The notes beneath the pieces are model-generated. The model did no database searches, was not told where the DNA came from, and saw only the letters and a program-made list of their open reading frames with translations. A stretch of DNA of 64,000 nucleotides. It comes from Entomortierella parvispora E1425 (taxonomy: Eukaryota > Fungi > Mortierellomycota). The number at the start of each line of letters is the position of its first letter. The first letter of the stretch is position 1. Positions 50,628 through 63,379 of the stretch are shown in pieces. Both the position numbers and the translations under genes were made by a program. The DNA lies in assembly GCA_020891255.1 (NCBI GenBank), contig BQFW01000013.1, positions 1,426,001-1,490,000 on the forward strand, written 5' to 3'.

Positions 50628-51379
50628 ATGCCCCTGATCGTCCCTCCCAGCCTGACCGATGAAGATGGTGCACTCACACAAGCCTGCGAAGACGCTCTCG
50701 TGGTAGGACATCCATCTCTGACTTTGTTAAACCTCCGCGCAATTGACCTACGGAGAGGGGACTTGGCTGTCCCTGCAGACCAAATACTCAAGACCGACTC
50801 TTTAGTTGGCAAATATCTGACATCCCTCAAAAATTCTTTTGCTGTTCGTTTAGGCGATCTTCGAAAAGTATGATGTTGACAAAGGTAAGCGTTCTTCACC
50901 TCACAGATCGAAGATAAATGGTCAAACGAGCTATAAAGCTCCCCTTTTTTTTACTGAATGTTCTCCAGTTGATCAGACATTATCTTCTTCATTTGGTAGA
51001 TGGCGCTCTGAGCAATGCAGAGTTGGATGCTTTTGCAAAGGATACGAACGGCGATGTGGTAAGATGAAGGGAAGGCAAAGTTGATTTGGAGGCACTGCAA
51101 CCAAGTGGAAAGCAAAAAGTCTAACAAAAGGAAAAAAAATCTAATGTGACTTTTGTATAGTTTGACGAGGACACGCGCACCGAAATCACAGAGTTCCTCG
51201 ACTTGGATGACAAGGGCCAGCTGACCAAGAAGGGTTTCTTGCAAATGTACAACTTGCAGACTAGCAGTGAACCCGAGGAGACATGGAAGGATCTTCAAAA
51301 GCATGGATATGACAGCAGTTTAAAGCTCGTCGCCTCCAGAAGCGAAGATGGCGACAACAGTGCAAACAAATCATCTTGA
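50628..51379 (+). CDS. 127-aa EF-hand protein resembling the Miro EF-hand/ligand-mimic module (exons 50628-50702, 50854-50884, 51000-51058, 51161-51379)
   Basis: Spliced product ...ACEDALVAIFEKYDVDKDGALSNAELDAF...GQLTKKGFLQMY...EETWKDLQKHGYDSSL; canonical loop DVDKDGALSNAE. Confidence 0.85.
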
Positions 51380-51753
51380 GAAATGAGGACGAGTTTGCCT
51401 CGTTTTAGATGGCGATGGGGGTTTTTTTTCTCTCTTTTGATCCACCCCACCCCACTCCGTAATAAAATCCGCAAAAAAGCAATTGATATCGACCCTTGAT
51501 TTTTTTTTCTTTGGCTGGCACACTGTTGTACGTGATACAAGAGGACAGATGAAGGACAGATCGAGCCCATGATGCATCATGTTTTTGATACCATATTCAC
51601 TTAAAGATGAAGTCTATTACTGTATCATAAAATAATCGAACATAAAAGCAAAGAAACGACAAATGGATATGAAAATAATGCAATTTGGATTGATGATGAT
51701 GAGCTTGGTTCGAATGGTATGGAGATATGTTGAAGATAAAAAACCCAGGTAGT

Positions 51754-54746
51754 TTACAAAGCGTTTGGTAACTTCTTGCCACTGTTCTTTTTGTTTTTCT
51801 TGAACTTGGGCTATTGATACAAGCATAGAACTGCTGATTAATCCACTGATACAGCAATAGAAACGTAATCTGACCAATATTAGATTCATCTCAGGAGATT
51901 GTTTACCTTGACAAGGTTGCGAACATCCTGCTCTTTCTGGAACTTGTTTCCAACCTTGGCACCAACAGCCACACCGTCCATAATGTTCTTGGTCTTGACC
52001 TTCTTGACCTTTCCACGATCGTAATCGACATCGTAAGCATCGGGACGGTGATGCTTCGGCTTCAGGGTTCTCAGAACCTCTTCACGAGCCTTGGTAAGCT
52101 CATATGAAGGCTCCTCCCAAGTCGAGACCTTGCTGCCCAACATATGCTTCACCTCGCCTAGAATCGACTCCTTGACTTCAGCACTCTTGCTCACCTCGGC
52201 CTCACGAGCAATGAGTGCCTGCAGCTTTTCCCGCTTGGATGTAGAGGCTTCGTTATGTTCAACCACAATCGCCTGGGAGCTGATGGTGCGAGGCTTGACG
52301 GTCCAGCCACCTTGCTCCACTCGGGGAGATCCCTCATCCGAGTCCTTTTCGTCCACAGCATTCTGCTCGCTCTCCCGGTCCTTGTATTCTGACTTTTGTT
52401 TCTTCTTCTGGTCCTTCAATTGAAGGAGACGCATCTCTTCCGCAACGGGCGATTTGATCGAGCCTTCAACGACCTTCCAGTCCGACATTGGTCTGCTGGG
52501 GATCGAAATATTAGATGGTTTGGAAACCTTTGCCGCAACTGAGCTACTTCCGTTTGGCATCTTGGGGGCCATCAAAGAATCGAGATCCGCAAGAGGACTC
52601 TTGGAAGGCGCCGACAATGCACTCTGGACGACAGGCACACCAAAGATTGACTTGGGCTGTGATGGCGACGGCGATGATGATGACGGTGTTGACTTTGACC
52701 CTGAATATGTTGTGGCAAGTTCGTAATCGTTCTTGGCAGCGGAGTCTGTCTCCGCTGCTCTGGAGGCTTTCAGCTTCTCCAACTTTTTGGCCCTCTTTCT
52801 TTCCTTCTTCAAACGCAGACGTTCCTCCTTTGAAAGCTCCTGTGTGTTGACAGTAGAGTCCTCTGAAGTCTTGACACGCTTTTCTTTGGGGGCAGTGAAG
52901 CGCTCCACCTTTGCTCCGATCTCGTCGTCGTCCAGGCGTGGCCTCTTCACCTGTGCGGGGGTAGATCCTTGACGGTGACCATTTGCAACACCGTTGGCAG
53001 CCTTCTGGCTCGAGGTTCCATTGGGCGTGGTCTTGGAAGGGGTACCGGACTTATCTTGAGTATAAAACAACATGTACGCGTTTTGGCTCAGTACTGTTTG
53101 CAAACTGACCGTGCTCACCTATAGATGAGAAAGTGAGTTAGATGGTGAACATGAAAACTAGCTAGGAGCAACAATCAGAGAACGGACGCTTACATGAGAG
53201 TCATTCATCGAGTACCAGGTTCCGTTCGAACTCTTGACGTAACAGTAATAATGTCCGCTATGGCAAGAGCCTCCCGCATGAACAAGTACAGCATACAGGC
53301 TGTAGTGCAGGTTGGGGTGCTTCTTGTTGGTGCTCATGACCGAGTTCAGCTCCAAAGTGGGTTCGAATCGGACATGACGGTTGATCTTTTGGCCAGTAAA
53401 TGTGAACCGCTTCAAGTGTACGCACAGAATCTTGGGCGCGTCGTAGATGGTCATCTGTTTCCTGGCATCAACCAACACCCTGCATCTGTTATATCAGAAG
53501 AACAAACAAAAGGAGAGAAACAGACCATTAGTAACAGCAATAATTTGAAAGAGAAAGTGTATATCCAGAATACGTACTTATCGCATTTATATTGGTTTCC
53601 TTTTGACAGGATTTCAGCCTTGGTATAGTCGCGGAACGCCCTCTGCACACTTTCAGCACCACGGATATCCAAACTGACGTCCAAGTAGGTTTCAAACGTG
53701 TTGGATTCGTGCCCGCACTTCATACACTTCACTTGGCTCTGAAAGTAGCCTCCGAAAATCTGATGAATGATAGTTGTTTCCTTGATCCTGTTGTCCAGTT
53801 TGCTAAGAGATGAAGTAAAATCATATGTTAAAACAATGCCACCCACACAAAACTGCAAAGGAGTAGAAGCGATGGCGGACACCAGTCTCAAGAAATCAAT
53901 AAGCCGCCCATACCTGTCGTATCCGACAAGACAACTCTTTTGCAAAGCATCAATGAGATATCTGGCAAACTCGTGAGAATCTTCCTGTCTTCCAATGCGG
54001 AACTGCTTGCCGATATCTAGAGAAGTGCGTGTGGAGGCCACGGGTTAGGCGGACAACTTTCCGATACAAGTCCATCCTCGAACAGATCAGAGGCAAGGAT
54101 ATTAGGGTCACTTACTCCTCAAACGTCCAACAATGAGCTTGGGGGCGATGGCTTCGTTCATGTTGTGGTTAAAGCAGCGCACAACATGTTTTTCCATCAT
54201 GCACATCATACAAAAGTTTGATGATTTGCCTATGGAACAGTATATCCAATCAAGTCAGCAAGCATATTCGTTTTGGTGGGCATCCGAGTGACGCAGGATC
54301 TACTGCTTACAGGAGTTGGTGTGCTGGTTCGAAAGCAGGTAGTTGGTCAGGGGCGCAGTGTAGGTCAAGCATTGAAGGACCGAGTTCAAGAAACATGTGT
54401 TGCCGAGGTTGTTAAGACCAGGTCCGATAGGACGAGGCGAGGGCCAGGCCAGCTGGACCTTTTCCTTGCTGAAGAGAATCTTTGCGGGAAGGCGGAATCC
54501 ATTGGGATCCTCGGTCACAGTTGAGGAAGAAGTGGAGGAGACGCCACCAGAATAAGGAACGGGCAAAGGGGCAGCGCTGCCGTTAGCCAAAGAGGAGTCC
54601 AGGGGAGCATTGACGGGTCTATACTTCTTCTTGAGCCTTTCTTGCTTCAGGTCCAGACGGGTGGATTCCTTGAATTGAATACGGCGGGCATGGAAGGCCG
54701 AGTTGTTCTTTTTCAAAAGGTGTGCGTCGACAGACATGGACACCAT
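51754..54746 (-). CDS. Ubiquitin carboxyl-terminal hydrolase, USP36/USP42-like
   Basis: Cys box [18 protein letters not shown]; RQEDSHEF; His box [17 protein letters not shown]; Lys-rich tail with [14 protein letters not shown]. Confidence 0.92.
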
Positions 54747-55138
54747 GGCGGAGGGATGATATTACGATGAGAAAGGGGAGAAGAGAGGATAAGGGAATGG
54801 AGACAGGGAAGGGGGCACACTCATGCACAAGGGGACACTCGCACAGAAGGACGAGATGGTCAAAGGCAACAGAGCGGGGCAAACAAGATGCCGAATGCGG
54901 TTTGAGCGTGGAGAGAAGAAAAGAACAAAAAAAAAGAGATGCCGACTCTCAAAAAGGCTGGAAGGGACCCAAGCGAGGGCAAGAGAAAAAAAGAAAAGAG
55001 GAAAGAAAAAAAAACAAAGTGACTGCTGGAGACCGGTACACCCTTAAAAGGTCTTCGCCCATGCCAGCGTTCGTGATCATGGATGTGTAAGTGTTTTATT
55101 GTGTATTATTGTACAAAACAGGCAGCATGCCGTTGGTG

Positions 55139-55861
55139 CTATGCTCCACCTGCTCCTCCACCCCCTCCTTGACTCCAGACATGTCCCGAAGCTTCGGCTG
55201 CTGGTCTCTCTACTACTGAAAGTCTTCCCAGCCATTGATCCAAAAACGGCTCGATTCCTTCTGTGACAAGTTTGGACTGCTCGGACGAGATTCTCAAACC
55301 CCTGGCCTTTTCTTCCAACGTGGATCCCTCACTTGTCAAGGCTAGGTTCCGCAGCTCTGCAATTCTGTCCATCTCAAATACTTTTGGCTCCAAGTACTGG
55401 GCACAAAAGCATTGCTCTCTCCAGAATCTGATCGCTTCCTTGATCTCACCTGCCAGAAATAAAAGTCGACTGTTGACAGATCCATCCTTGGAAGATGTTG
55501 GCGACATGGCTTGGGCTGGCGACCCCAACAGTGGATTAGACGCTCGAGCAAGAAGGATGTCGACCTGGCTGAGTAGTGCGCTTCCTGAGCGATCTACAAC
55601 CTGAAAAGACTGCAGAGCATGATCGCGGATATAATAGACAAGACCTGCTAGCTTTTCTGTCCGCTCGAATTGGCGAAAGAAGGATGGATAGTCCTGGTCC
55701 ATATACCAAATACAAAGGGCCAAGGATCGGCGGATGTAACGGAACAGTAGGGTACGGTAATGGTTGTGGTCCCCAATGAGTCGCGTGAGCTTTGCATCCA
55801 ACTGTTCCTGGTCAATCACTCCTGTAGGGGTCATTGTCCTTCCATCCAGTGACATTGGCAT
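55139..55861 (-). CDS. Hypothetical 240-aa protein, no family recognised
   Basis: Uninterrupted ORF of ordinary globular composition filling the gap between the USP and RasGAP genes; pyrimidine-rich minus-strand leader upstream (~56200-56350). Confidence 0.6.
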   Translation of the reverse strand: MPMSLDGRTMTPTGVIDQEQLDAKLTRLIGDHNHYRTLLFRYIRRSLALCIWYMDQDYPSFFRQFERTEKLAGLVYYIRDHALQSFQVVDRSGSALLSQVDILLARASNPLLGSPAQAMSPTSSKDGSVNSRLLFLAGEIKEAIRFWREQCFCAQYLEPKVFEMDRIAELRNLALTSEGSTLEEKARGLRISSEQSKLVTEGIEPFLDQWLGRLSVVERPAAEASGHVWSQGGGGGAGGA

Positions 55862-56882
55862 ATGAAGCTGTGTGCGCTGGAGCTGAGACTATGGCTAAAG
55901 GCTCCTTGATTTATATCAGTCAAGGCCAACGTTGTTTACAGTTTCGTCCTCGGTGATGCTCAATCGACAATGAAATATCTATGTTTTTTAAACAAGAGAG
56001 ACAGTCAGACTGGTTTGAACACTGCTGGACATCACTCAATAATAAAAAAAATGGCCGCCGATGCTGTTCTTTGCTCCAAAAGCCAAGAACAAGACTATAA
56101 ACACACAAAGAGGCACAGGAGGATATCTCTGTGACCATATGAGGTAGTCGTTGTCGAAAGTGTGGTGCACACATCTATTTGTTATACCTGGAAGATCTGC
56201 AGCAATGCAAGGATGAAGACGGGACAGGTGCAACTCTGCTAGGCAAGCAGGCAAGCAATGGAATAAAAGATGCAGAGACGCGTCGAAGGGATGCGAGTCG
56301 AAGGGAGGGTGGGCGTTGGAGGGTAGTAGGGAGAGTGAGCGAGCAAGCAAGAGGAATGAGTCAAAGACACATCAAGTACATGGGCAAGGCGCGACAAGCC
56401 AAACAGAGTGTTAAGGGGCGTATATGCGGATCTTTCGCTTTGAGTGCCACTGCACTGTAATGCAGGCGAAGAGAACACACAGAGAACGAGAGGCGAACAG
56501 ACCAGACAGAACAGACAAGAGACGCGCCTTCTCCTCCCTCCTCCCTCCTCCCTCCTCCCTCCTCTCTCTCTCTCGTCCCTCTTTCATCATCTCCCCCCGC
56601 TCATCATCATCTCTTTTTCATCTCACCTTAATCGTTCCTTCTCTCTCCCTCCTTTCATTTCTCCTTTCCGCCATCCTTGTCTTTCATCATCATCCCCCTC
56701 CTTCCCCTTCCCTTGGGCCGTGCTCGTCCACCAATCCCATCCATCTCCACCCTCTCGCTCCTGCTCTCACCATAATCTCTCTTGCTTCTCCCGCCAAATA
56801 ATCGACTAATATTATTTTGGTCCCTGTTTCAACGACCCCACACTCGTCTCATCATCTTCCCTCTGCCGCTCAACCTTCCATC

Positions 56883-59800
56883 ATGTCCTCCCCTTCCTCC
56901 CCTTCGCCCTCCAACACCAATGCTCGCAAGTCCGAGCTGCTGGCCTCGTACGGATACCCGTCTCAGCCGGGCATGGTCCGCGCCGTCGCTGCCGCCGCTG
57001 CCGCCTCGTCTGCAGACTCGCATGCCAATGCCCCTGGGACTTTGGGTGGCCGTAAAGGCTCCATCTCGACCACGCGCAGCAGCCACCGCTACTCACAACT
57101 GTACTCGATGGCGGCCGAGCAGGATGTCGAAGTTGAGGATGACCTCGCTAGGGGTAAATGAACTGCATTCATGCTTATGCCATGCACCGATAGGATGCTA
57201 TGCTGTGGTCGAAAGCTCTCGACGCAGCCCTGCTCTGCTTATGCCATTCCCACACCCAACACTCACCATTCTCCATATTGCTCTCGTTTCCTCTCGCTTT
57301 TTTTATAATCATCTGTCATCTTCCGCCCTCCAGCCCAGAAACGCCTTCGTGAGCTTAAGACAAAGATCTCTTCCCAGTCCAAGAAGAACTTTGTGCTCGA
57401 ACGTGATGTCCGGTACTTGGACTCGCGCATTGCCCTGCTGATTCAGAACCGGATGGCCATTGCAGAGGCAAGTTTTGCTCTGGCCCTGTGTGTTTATCAG
57501 GACGTGGCACCGTGCTCATTCTCTAACCGCCTCTCTGTGTACCTTTCTCCCTCTTTATCAATCTCGTTGTACCTCTCTTGGGTTCGACCTCAACGCGCAC
57601 AAACGAACAAACTCCCTCCCTGTTCGTTCTATCACAAACCATCTCACTAATTGCATGAACAAACAAACAACAACAACACCACCACCACCACCACCACCAC
57701 CACCACCACCACCACCGCCGCCGCCTCCACCGCACCGCACCACACCGTGCCTCAAATACAACCATCCAACAGCAACGCGAGGTCGCAGAACATCTTGAGG
57801 AAGCAGACCAGTCCGATGGCCTTTTCCCCGATGACCGCAAGCTGCAGTCTTATGGTAACCTCTTTTTCCTTCTCCAGACCGAACCCCGCCACATTGCCAC
57901 CCTCTGCAGACTGGTCTCATTGACAGAGATCGACACCTTGCTGCAGACGGTCATGTTCACGCTGTACGGTAACCAGTATGAATCCCGCGAAGAGCATTTG
58001 TTGCTGACCATGTTCCAGGTACGTGCTGTTTATGTTGATGTTGTCCTGCTCTCACTCTCTTGCGCCTTCTTTGCCTTCTTGATTTTTTTGCAACTCAACT
58101 GTCGGCTGCAAGATTGTTGACTGGTGACAAGTTGAGCAACATTTGCTTTCGAGAGAGGGTGATACAGGGCCAAAGAGCCCTCCCACAGTTGCTCTCGACT
58201 CCTCCCGCTCGTTCGGCGTTGGCTGACACTTATTTTGGTCGGCATTTTGTTTTGTTCTGTTCTCGCTTATAGTCTGTGCTGTCTGCTCAGTTCGAGACCG
58301 CCACAGAGTTTGGTTCCTTGCTCCGCGCCAACACCCCAGTCTCGCGCATGATGACCACATATACACGTCGTGGACCTGGTCAGAGTTACCTCAAGACTGT
58401 GCTTTCTGAGAGGATTAACAGTTTGATTGAACACAAGGAGCTGAACCTGGAAGTCAACCCACTCAAGGTCTATGAGCAGATGATCAATCAAATCGAAGAA
58501 AACACTGGCTCTCTTCCCGCCCACCTGCCCCGCGGTGTGCCTCCTGAGACTGCAGCTGCCAATGCTGATGTGCAGGCCATTATTGCCCCTCGCCTGAGCA
58601 TGGTCATGGAAATTGCAAACTCGTTCCTGGACACAATCTTGGAATCACTGGATCAGGTGCCTTACGGAATCAGATGGATCTGCAAACAGATTCGCAGCTT
58701 GACCAAGGTAAAAGAGAACCTGTCCCTCTTCTGTCTTGATGAGAGAGTGTGTTAGAGCCCCTGAGAAACCCCTCGCTGACGTGGTCATGAACTCTCTCAT
58801 ATAGCGAAAATACCCAGACGCCACCGACTTTTCCATCTGCTCTCTGATCGGCGGCTTCTTTTTCCTACGCTTCATCAATCCTGCTATTGTTACTCCTCAG
58901 GCCTATATGCTTGTGGATGGACTGCCTAGCAAGCACCCACGTAGAACTCTTACGTTGGTAAGTTGCTGGTTTTTTTTTTTTTTTGACTTTATTTTTTTTT
59001 TTTTTTTTGTGAGGAAGAATTGGACTGTGCATCCCTGACAAATGATCGTCCTGCCCATAGATTGCAAAACTGCTCCAGAACCTCGCCAATAAGCCCTCGT
59101 ATTCAAAGGAGGCCTACATGATGACTCTGAACCCCTTTGTGGAGAACAACAAGGCGAGGATAAACAGATTCTTGAACGATCTGTGCGAAGTTGGTGATTT
59201 CTATGAGAGTCTGGAGGTGAGTGAATGTTTGTTTGAGACCACATTTTGTACGCCTGTCGACCAAACTAGGAAGGCGGGCCTGGATTGAACCACTGATACT
59301 TTGTTCATATTGAAAATAGATGGACCAATACATGGCACTTTCCAAGAAGGAGATCAATTTGCACATCACCTTGAATGAGCTGTTCAACACCCATCAGTTG
59401 CTCTCGCAACACCGGGATGCTCTTGCACCGCAGGAGAAGCATCATTTGAGGATGTGTTTGAATGAGCTTGGAGGCGCCCCAGCACAGGTGCCTAGAAAGG
59501 AGAATAAGACCATTGTGCTGCCTCTGTTCAGTCGTTGGGAGACCCCCATTCAGGATTTGACTTCGTCCTTCTTGCAAGAGACCAACATTACACAGGCCGA
59601 TATTATGTACATGGAGACAAAATCGATTTTAGTGCAATTGATCCGTTCTATTCCCGGCGTTGCAGACAAGAGACCTTTGGATCTGATGAAGATTGCAGAG
59701 ACAGCCGCAACGACCAAGGATGCCATTCTGGTACGCAAGGGTATCAAGGTGAAGGAAATGTTGATCGAGCTCGAGGCCTTGAATGTGGTCGATGATCAGT

Positions 59801-60560
59801 TCACGTTTATGACAGAGGAAGTCACTGAGGAGTTACGGCACTTGGGTAACTTGAGAGAGAAGGTCAATGAGGAAGCTGCAAGTCTCGAGAGCGTATACAA
59901 GACCATTGGCGACCACAACAACTATTTGAGAAGTCAGCTGGATTCCTACAAGGCCTACCTTCAGAATGTTCGTATGCAGAGCGGCGGTGGCGGTAGTCCT
60001 GGACAAGGCTCCGGCGTGGGTGTCGTCACTGTGGGCGGAAAGGAAGCCAAGAGAGGCAAGCAGCAGGTTCTGGGGCCTTTCAAATTTACACATCACCAGT
60101 TGGAGAAGGATGGTGTCATTGCTGAAAGCAATGTTCCCGAGAATCGGTAAGCAACCCAGATTTTGGCGACTGATGTCTTTTTTCGAATACTAATCTCCCT
60201 GTCCACTTCCCTTCCTCACTTAGCCGGAGCAATATCTTTTTCAACATCACTTCGCCTATTCCTGGAACATTCATCATTGCACTACACTACAAGGGACGCG
60301 ACAAGGCCATCCTTGAAATGGACTTGAAGTTGGATGACTTGCTCGAGAAGGTAACAAAGAGTTGTATCCACCCTGCCTAATGTGCGTCAATATATGATAT
60401 TGTCCGAAAGACCGGTTACACTAACTGTTTTTTTTCTGCCACTGATTCATTTTGGACACCACAGCAACAAGATCAGGTCCAGTTGCTTGACCTCGAATAT
60501 GTTCACTTCAACGTGAACAAGGTCCTTGCCTTGTTGACAAAGACATTCATCAAGCGCTAA
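56883..60560 (+). CDS. Ras GTPase-activating protein (Gap1/Sar1/GapA type, RasGAP + RasGAP_C)
   Basis: [22 protein letters not shown]; [18 protein letters not shown]; [22 protein letters not shown]; [10 protein letters not shown]; LQNLANKP. Confidence 0.94.
57668..57725. repeat. (CAA)n-(CAC)n-(CGC)n trinucleotide tract in a RasGAP intron
   Basis: About 13 CAC units, read directly. Confidence 0.9.
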
Positions 60561-60827
60561 AGGTGCCGCCAGTAAATACATTTTTTTTAGTTCCCTTCAA
60601 TTCAAATATATACTTTCACTTGTAATACGATTTGCTTCGCCCCTATGTTGTCGCTTCACATTTCCAGCATTCCTTTTCGTCCCTTCTCCACAACTTACTT
60701 CCGAGACTGCAAGTCCTGCTTTTTTGTTCCTTGCTCACCTCTCCCACTCTCTTTTTTTTCCCTGTCCATTCACGCGCACTTAAGCACATTTTTACTTTTA
60801 CATCCACTCGTCCTTTCCAATTCCCTC

Positions 60828-62223
60828 ATGAGGCCTCAAGTGATTTTATTGCTCAGCTTAGCTGTTGCTAGCCTTGCACTCGCTGTTGATGTGCAGGGCA
60901 ACCAGGCTGTTCTTGCCGTTCCAGGAACCAATGATGAAATCAAACCAGTCCATGACAATGAGAGTCAAAAGAAGACAACAGACGAGGAGGTGAAGAAGGA
61001 TGAAGACGAATCCACCGAGGATGACACGACCTTCAAGTACGTCTATGATCCTACCAAGAAGTCGACACGAGGGTATGATATCGATGGCCGTCAAGAGGTC
61101 GTCAACATTGGACCAGGACTCAAGACCACGGCTGAAGCTCAGAGTCAGTCGCGGTCCGGACCTCGTGGACGCCAACGTGGAGCTGTGCTACCTCACAAGT
61201 ACATTGTTCGCCTGAAGAATGGAGCCGACTTATCGTCTTGTATGTTTGCAGGGGTCTATCTCATAGGTTCTTGAGGCCCATTGATGTTCGATTTTACTCA
61301 CCTCCTATTATTTGTTTATCCTCTTCCCTGTTTGCCTCCCTCTTTGTGGTCTTCCCCCTGTTTCTTATTCCCAACTGTTGTGACCCAAAATTGGACTCCT
61401 CATCCTTTTTTTTCGATCATGCCAACAACATGTCACTTTAAAAACAACAACCTCCAGTCAATATCGAATCCAGAGTCGCTGCTCACAATCGCTTGATCCA
61501 GGTTCCTGATTCAAACGGTGAAGACACCCTCGAGGACGAGATAATTGCCAACCAGGTCGACCATGAATATGATTTTGGAACTTGGAAAGGCTACGCGGGT
61601 CAGTTTTCTCCCGAATTCCTCAAAGAGCTCGAGGAGCATGACGAGGTCGAGTATGTGGAAGAGGACAAACTTATGTGGGCCTGGGATATGGAACCACCAG
61701 TGACAGAAGAAACCAATGGCGTCCCTCCCAAAGAAGAAGCTACTGCTGAGGATGAAGACTCCACGTTTGAGGCAGATGTGATCGTCAATGGAAAGAATGT
61801 GCGATTGGAATACTATTCACTCAAGTCCCCAAGTTGGGGATTGACAAGGATCTCAAACAGAATGCCAACGGAGGACAAAGTGTATACTTACATGGCATCA
61901 GCTGGGTAAGATGGAGCGTCGATACGTGGTGCAATGAGATACGACAAGCAATGCATTACTGATGCTTTTGAGAATACTAAAACCCATAGATCCGGCGTTG
62001 ATGTGTACATCATCGACTCGGGTGTGTTTGAAGAGCATCGCGACTTTGAAGGACGTGCAAGTAACCTCATCAACTTTGTTTCCAGCGAGTCCGACACGGA
62101 CACTTGTGGACATGGTAATGGATCGCTACACTGTGTGCCTATGAACACAATCATTCTTCTTAACCTTTTTTCTATACAGCCCTGACGTCTATATGCCAAT
62201 TGTTCACATCTCTTTTTTTTAAT

Positions 62224-62273
<50 letters not shown>

Positions 62274-63159
62274 GGCACTCATGTTGCTGGAATCGTGGCT
62301 GGACGCGCCTATGGTGTTGCAAAGCAGGCCAACATCCTGGCAATCAAGGTCTTGGATTCTGAAGGGCAAGGCTCGACATCCTCAGTCCTGGCTGGCATCA
62401 ATTATATGATCCGCCATGCCGCCGCCAACCCCAATCCACGAAAGGTGATCAATATGTCTCTTGGTGGCCAGTACTCTAGACCCGTCAACGATGCGGTCAG
62501 GGTGGCAGTGACCCACCACGGCTTACCCTTCTTTGTGGCTGCCGGAAACACAGGTGATGATGCCTGCCAGTACTCACCTGCTGGAGTTGATGAAGCATTC
62601 ACTGTTGGAGGGTCTGGTAGAGATGATCGAGCGGGCTGGTATAGCTGCATGGGTTCATGTGTGGACATCTTTGCACCAGGCTCGGGTATTGCATCTGATT
62701 GGATACATCATACAGATGCTGCTCATATCCTAGATGGAACAAGGTAAGGAACAAAACACAAGCCTATGGCCACATTCTTGAATGCCAGAGTCTTCTCTAA
62801 ACTGAACATTTTCTTTCTCTTTGACCTGATGTAGCATGGCAACCCCGCACGTTACGGGTGTGGCAGCGTTGTTCCTTGGCGCAGGCAGTAACTACAGTAA
62901 CCCGCTTGATCTGTACGCGGACCTGGTCCGCCATTCTACCCAGTCAATTATTACAGGCCTCAAGCCGAATGATCACAAAACCACGCGTAACTTATTGTAC
63001 AACAAGCTGGAAGATGTTGTAGAACCTTACATGATCAAACCACAAGATCTGCCCGACGACCACGATGGCGAGGAAGAGGAGATTGCAAATGAGACAGAGA
63101 AGCCCAAGAAGAAGAAGAATGACGAGGGTCGCCGCCACCACCATCATCACCGAGATTAA
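60828..63159 (+). CDS. Secreted/vacuolar subtilisin-like serine protease (S8A, I9 propeptide)
   Basis: Signal peptide MRPQVILLLSLAVASLALA; I9 motifs KYIVRLK and VEYVEED; triad VDVYIIDSG, GHGTHVAG, GTSMATPHVTG; oxyanion VAAGN. Confidence 0.95.
62227..62270. repeat. (CT)22 microsatellite forming the pyrimidine tract of a subtilisin intron
   Basis: Read directly; immediately precedes the TAAG acceptor. Confidence 0.95.
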
Positions 63160-63379
63160 AAGAAAAAAGAAAGGGTGTTTGTCTTTTTTTTTTTGTAATT
63201 TTGGGTGAGGCAAAAAATAAAATCCTATGTGAAACGTACAAAAACGCGAACATTCCACGTGACCAAAGGCCCGACTTGTACGTGAAATCGTCTTCCCACT
63301 CTGTTGCGGTTGCGCACACTCGACTTTTCTCCTTCAACCGCACTGTCGCATCCATCCCTTCCTCACAGCAAGCCGCATC

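Noticed and set aside
53355-53375. GGTTCGAATC tRNA T-loop-like string
   Set aside because: Lies inside a USP coding exon with no cloverleaf
6225-60575. Cryptic PTS1 by stop-codon readthrough
   Set aside because: The extensions I read past the stops of allantoicase, HPT1, RAMP4, eIF3b, ISU1, NIP7, CHO1, the EF-hand gene and RasGAP gave no SKL-like end or TGA-CTA context
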